Shown here: in pieces, positions 62,018 to 64,000 of the stretch | Layout: every line of letters begins with the position of its first letter | Position numbering within the stretch: the stretch's first letter is position 1 | Assembly (NCBI RefSeq): GCF_004010195.1 | Contig: NC_057753.1 | Coordinates: 14,359,937-14,423,936 of the forward strand | From: Chiloscyllium plagiosum | Lineage: Eukaryota | Direction of reading: 5' to 3' | Length of the DNA stretch: 64,000 bases | Made by a program: the position numbers and the translations under genes | The notes under the pieces: generated by a model | Seen by the model: only the letters and a program-made list of their open reading frames with translations | What the model was told of the DNA's origin: nothing | Databases searched by the model: none

Positions 62018-64000
62018 TGTCATTGCCCTTAATGGAATAGGGCTGCTGTGTCTTTAAAGACAGCTGTACTATGACTCCACCCTCAATATACTTCCTGCCG
62101 GAACCTGCATGTACCCAACTCACTGCCTTTTCTCGGTAATATGTTGGGTACAGTGGAGGAGGAGAGACAATTCCCGATTAACTTACACTTGCCAAGCAGG
62201 GTTGGAGTAACTGTCCTCAACAACTGTTCTTGCACATTCTAAGAATATGGCTTTCATCTATGATAAGCAATTTCTCAATTCCTAGTGTACATGCTCCAAA
62301 GACCCTTTTCGTTTACTGCCACTTATCCCCAGTTGACGCCAGTTCTTGTGATAAACCAGTTAATGGGTGCACTGAAATTGACCATGCAAGCTGCACGAAG
62401 GATTTAGACAGTTCATGTGATCCTTGTGGGCTCACAAACTGCCTCTCTCAAAATACCATCCCTCAAATTCAATCTCCCGCATCACTGAAGTCAATCTCAA
62501 CCTTATCCAGCAATATCTCTGAAATCACTTTTACTGGATTCCCCTTTATTCTATTCCTCCGTTGCTGGTTTCTCTACTCGTGCTCAAGATTATCACCCCT
62601 CCGGTTTTTGTTTGGTTCCTGTCAGATATCTTCACTGAGTGGTTTCACCATCATTCCTCCAGCTCGCTGCATGTTTTTCTATCTCTCGAAACAGGGAGGC
62701 ATCACGGAGCAAGATCCATTGTTATACTGAACAATTTCACACTTGTTGCCGTAGTTACTGGCACCCTCAGTATCTGCATGTTTGTGTGTGTGTGAGAAAG
62801 AAAGCATGTGTGCACGTGTGTGGGCGTGTGTGTGTGTCTGTTTGTGCTTGTGTTTGTTTCGTAGTTTTCTGTATGTGTGCTTGTGTCCATTCGCATGTTC
62901 GAGTGTTTATTTGTATTTCTGTGTGTTTCATCCAGTGTGTGTATTTGTGCGTCTGTGCATTTCAGCGTAAGTGCTTAAGACAGCGTGTCCGCGTGTCTGT
63001 ACGAATGTTTAGATGTGCACATTTGCTTTTGTAGATTTATGTCTGTGTTTCAATGTGTTTGCCGTTCTGCTTTTCTGTCTATTCTATTAACTAATTGGAA
63101 CCATTTTCAAAAGATTACAAAACTTCAGCCGGAGTGTTGCTTCAGGAGTCTAACACCCGGACTTAAACAATTGGCAATTGCTTTGGAATAAAAGTTGTTG
63201 AGAGGAATGATAATGAATGCATTAATGCAATAAAACGCTGTCTATTACCTGATTTTTCTACATATGTTAAAATTCCGCCGTCTGCTCGTGTATGTCCGCT
63301 CCTGCACATCAGGAAGATCAAACATACCAGGGAATTCAGTCAGAGTGAGGATAGCAGCAGATAGCATCATTCAATCTGACAGCAGCATCAATTCACACAA
63401 AGGGACAGTATGAGATCTTTGCTGCTCTCAACTCGCTTGTCTTGTCCGTAATTCCTCTTTGTTCAGATGAATTTTGACCACAGTCTGTTTAAAGTGTGCA
63501 TTTGCTCAAAGTCACTTCGATGAAATGCTGTCAATGATTTGTTTGTTGATGCTTTAAGTGTAAATTGAGGAAAATGCTGCATTTCCTTTCGTGGGTTTTG
63601 CACTGCTCTGGAGCTGATGTGTCTTAGTCTGTTGCGTGCACAATAATACACGCAATACACAGAGAATATCTGAATCATGCATTTCAGGACCAGCAATGCA
63701 GCTGGAGCCAGTTGGCCACATCCTGAGAGTTCCCACTCTGGGATTTGAGGAGGTTTTAGGGCTGCAAAGAACAGGAGTCAAAGTTTCAGTCCATTACATC
63801 TACCAAGTTTGCATCGACATCTTCAAAATTTGCAGCAATTGCATATAATTTCCATGAGTATGTTGCATGAATATTCGTGTGTGTGTGTTTGCCTGTGTGT
63901 GTGTCTGCCGCTTTGTATTTCTTTGTGCATGTTTCTATGTCCATGTCTCAGTGTATACAAAATCTATAATTATGTTTGTGCGTCTCTCTGTGAACTGGCA

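Noticed and set aside
62639-63034. Cys/Val-rich ORFs (also 2848-3102 and 36227-36475)
   Set aside because: Translations of (TG)n/(CA)n low-complexity sequence.
1-64000. CRISPR arrays or prokaryotic systems
   Set aside because: The sequence is vertebrate; no regularly spaced repeat-spacer arrays or operons were seen.

Overview
Vertebrate genomic DNA, almost certainly from a shark or other elasmobranch (HE1-type tRNA-derived SINEs, abundant CR1-clade LINEs). The window is part of a T-cell receptor variable-gene array, most likely TCR alpha/delta. Family A has nine V segments, each built as a 46-nt leader exon, an ~90-100-nt intron, an ~310-nt V exon and a 23-bp-spacer RSS. Eight lie on the minus strand: four have open frames and recognisable RSSs (3573-4016, 15829-16284, 45081-45536, 61565-62017) and four are pseudogenes. 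The ninth is an inverted pseudogene on the plus strand (55331-55746). Interleaved with them, and not evident from the ORF track, is a second, divergent V family (family B) on the plus strand. All its copies are decayed, but four keep an exactly 23-bp RSS spacer, and three are followed by an inverted orphan copy of the family-B promoter/leader exon. A CTCF-like motif recurs 0.6-1.3 kb upstream of the family-A genes. No D, J or C segments were seen. The rest is retroelement debris: CR1 LINEs (one near full length, one tandemly duplicated), a Tx1-like element, a Gmr1-type Gypsy element with integrase before RT, SINEs, microsatellites and an 845-nt assembly gap. Repeat boundaries are approximate.
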